Below, one piece after another: positions 63,248 through 64,000 of a stretch of DNA of 64,000 bases; the stretch's first letter is position 1, and every line of letters starts with the position of its first letter. The notes beneath the pieces were generated by a model. It was not told the origin of the DNA. It saw nothing but the letters and a program-made list of their open reading frames with translations, and ran no database searches. Location: assembly GCA_973895155.1 (NCBI GenBank), contig OZ316895.1, forward strand, positions 10,528,184 to 10,592,183. The letters are read 5' to 3'. Position numbers and translations under genes: made by a program. Source of the DNA: Marsupella aquatica (Eukaryota; Plantae; Marchantiophyta).

Positions 63248-64000
63248 TCGAGTGCAGTTTGATAGGGCCTTGTACTTGGCCTCTATTGAAGAGCGCAAAA
63301 CTGTTAGTTGACTCTTAGAGCTCCAGGTAATAGCACCACCCAACAAAGTATAGAGGTAGCCTCCGATGGAATGTCGAGTGTTGGGGCAAGAGTTGCTCCA
63401 ATCTGAGTCCGCAAATCCCTCAAGTAGAAGAGAGCAGTTGTGGTTGTAGAAGATGCCAATGTCAATAGTGGAATTCAGGTACCTGAGGATATGTGTGGTT
63501 GCATCAAGATGTTGTTCAGCCCGCTGTTCAAGGTGAGCCATGAAAAGACTGACAAGTCCAACAGAGAACAAAACGTTAGGGCAAGTGTGAGTTAAATAGA
63601 TTAATTTTCCCATGAGCTTGGAATAGGATGTGGAATCTATGGGATCAGAGTCTGCTTGAGCTGAGAGAGTAAGCCCCTCAGGGAGTGGAGTGAAGACACG
63701 TCGACATTTCTCCATCCCATAGTCAAGAACAAGAGTTTGAGTATAGGAAGTTTGATGAAGCAAAAGTCCAAAATAAGTAAATAAGAACTCTAAGCCAAGA
63801 TAACGTTTGGTGGGATTGAGATCTTTCATTTTGTAATGATTTTGGAAATGGAGTTTGATAGCAACCGTAAAAGAAGGACTGTTGCCTGTGATCATAAGAT
63901 TATCTACAAAGAGAAGAATAAGAGCAAGCTGCCCCTCTTGCTAAGAGATGTAGAGATTGAGATTGAGGTTACTACGGGTAGAACCGATGGAGCGGAGATA

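Larger units (their letters stand above)
61545..64000 (-). mobile_element. Ty1/Copia LTR retrotransposon, 3' part (RT, RNase H, 3' region, PPT, 3' LTR); continues beyond the window
   Basis: LFVDNLMITG, YKMKDL...YLGLE, LEGFADSDW, GGAITWSSK.Q, SS.EAKY, and DN.SAIKLTKNPVFHSRTKH...ADIFTK.L. On the minus strand the PPT AAGAAGGGG is followed directly by TGTTGGGAG at 61830. The LTR end at ~61545 is tentative. Confidence 0.92.

Overview
Nuclear DNA from a land plant, probably a non-seed lineage such as a liverwort or other bryophyte (inferred from gene content, GT-AG intron-rich genes, long UTRs and CpG-decayed transposons). Six protein-coding genes are supported: an intronless PADRE/DUF4228 gene, a 3-exon Moco-sulfurase-like PLP-fold protein that lacks the catalytic Lys and Cys, a 3-exon RGI/RGFR-type LRR-XI receptor kinase, a 22-exon chloroplast LepA/EF4 gene, an intronless Gfo/Idh/MocA myo-inositol 2-dehydrogenase-like gene, and a 9-exon SRP receptor alpha gene. 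The intergenic DNA holds a decayed Crypton/DUF3504-type tyrosine-recombinase remnant, a 996-bp Mutator-like foldback element with a perfect 10-bp TSD, an RLE-type (CRE-like) LINE, a possible pogo fragment, and a Copia element containing a nested solo LTR and an antisense extra ORF with an RNase H1 hybrid-binding domain. The most notable items are the inositol dehydrogenase that looks animal-like (HGT candidate), the Crypton remnant, and the Copia antisense ORF. Exon boundaries and family calls were read by eye and from memory; no database search was run.
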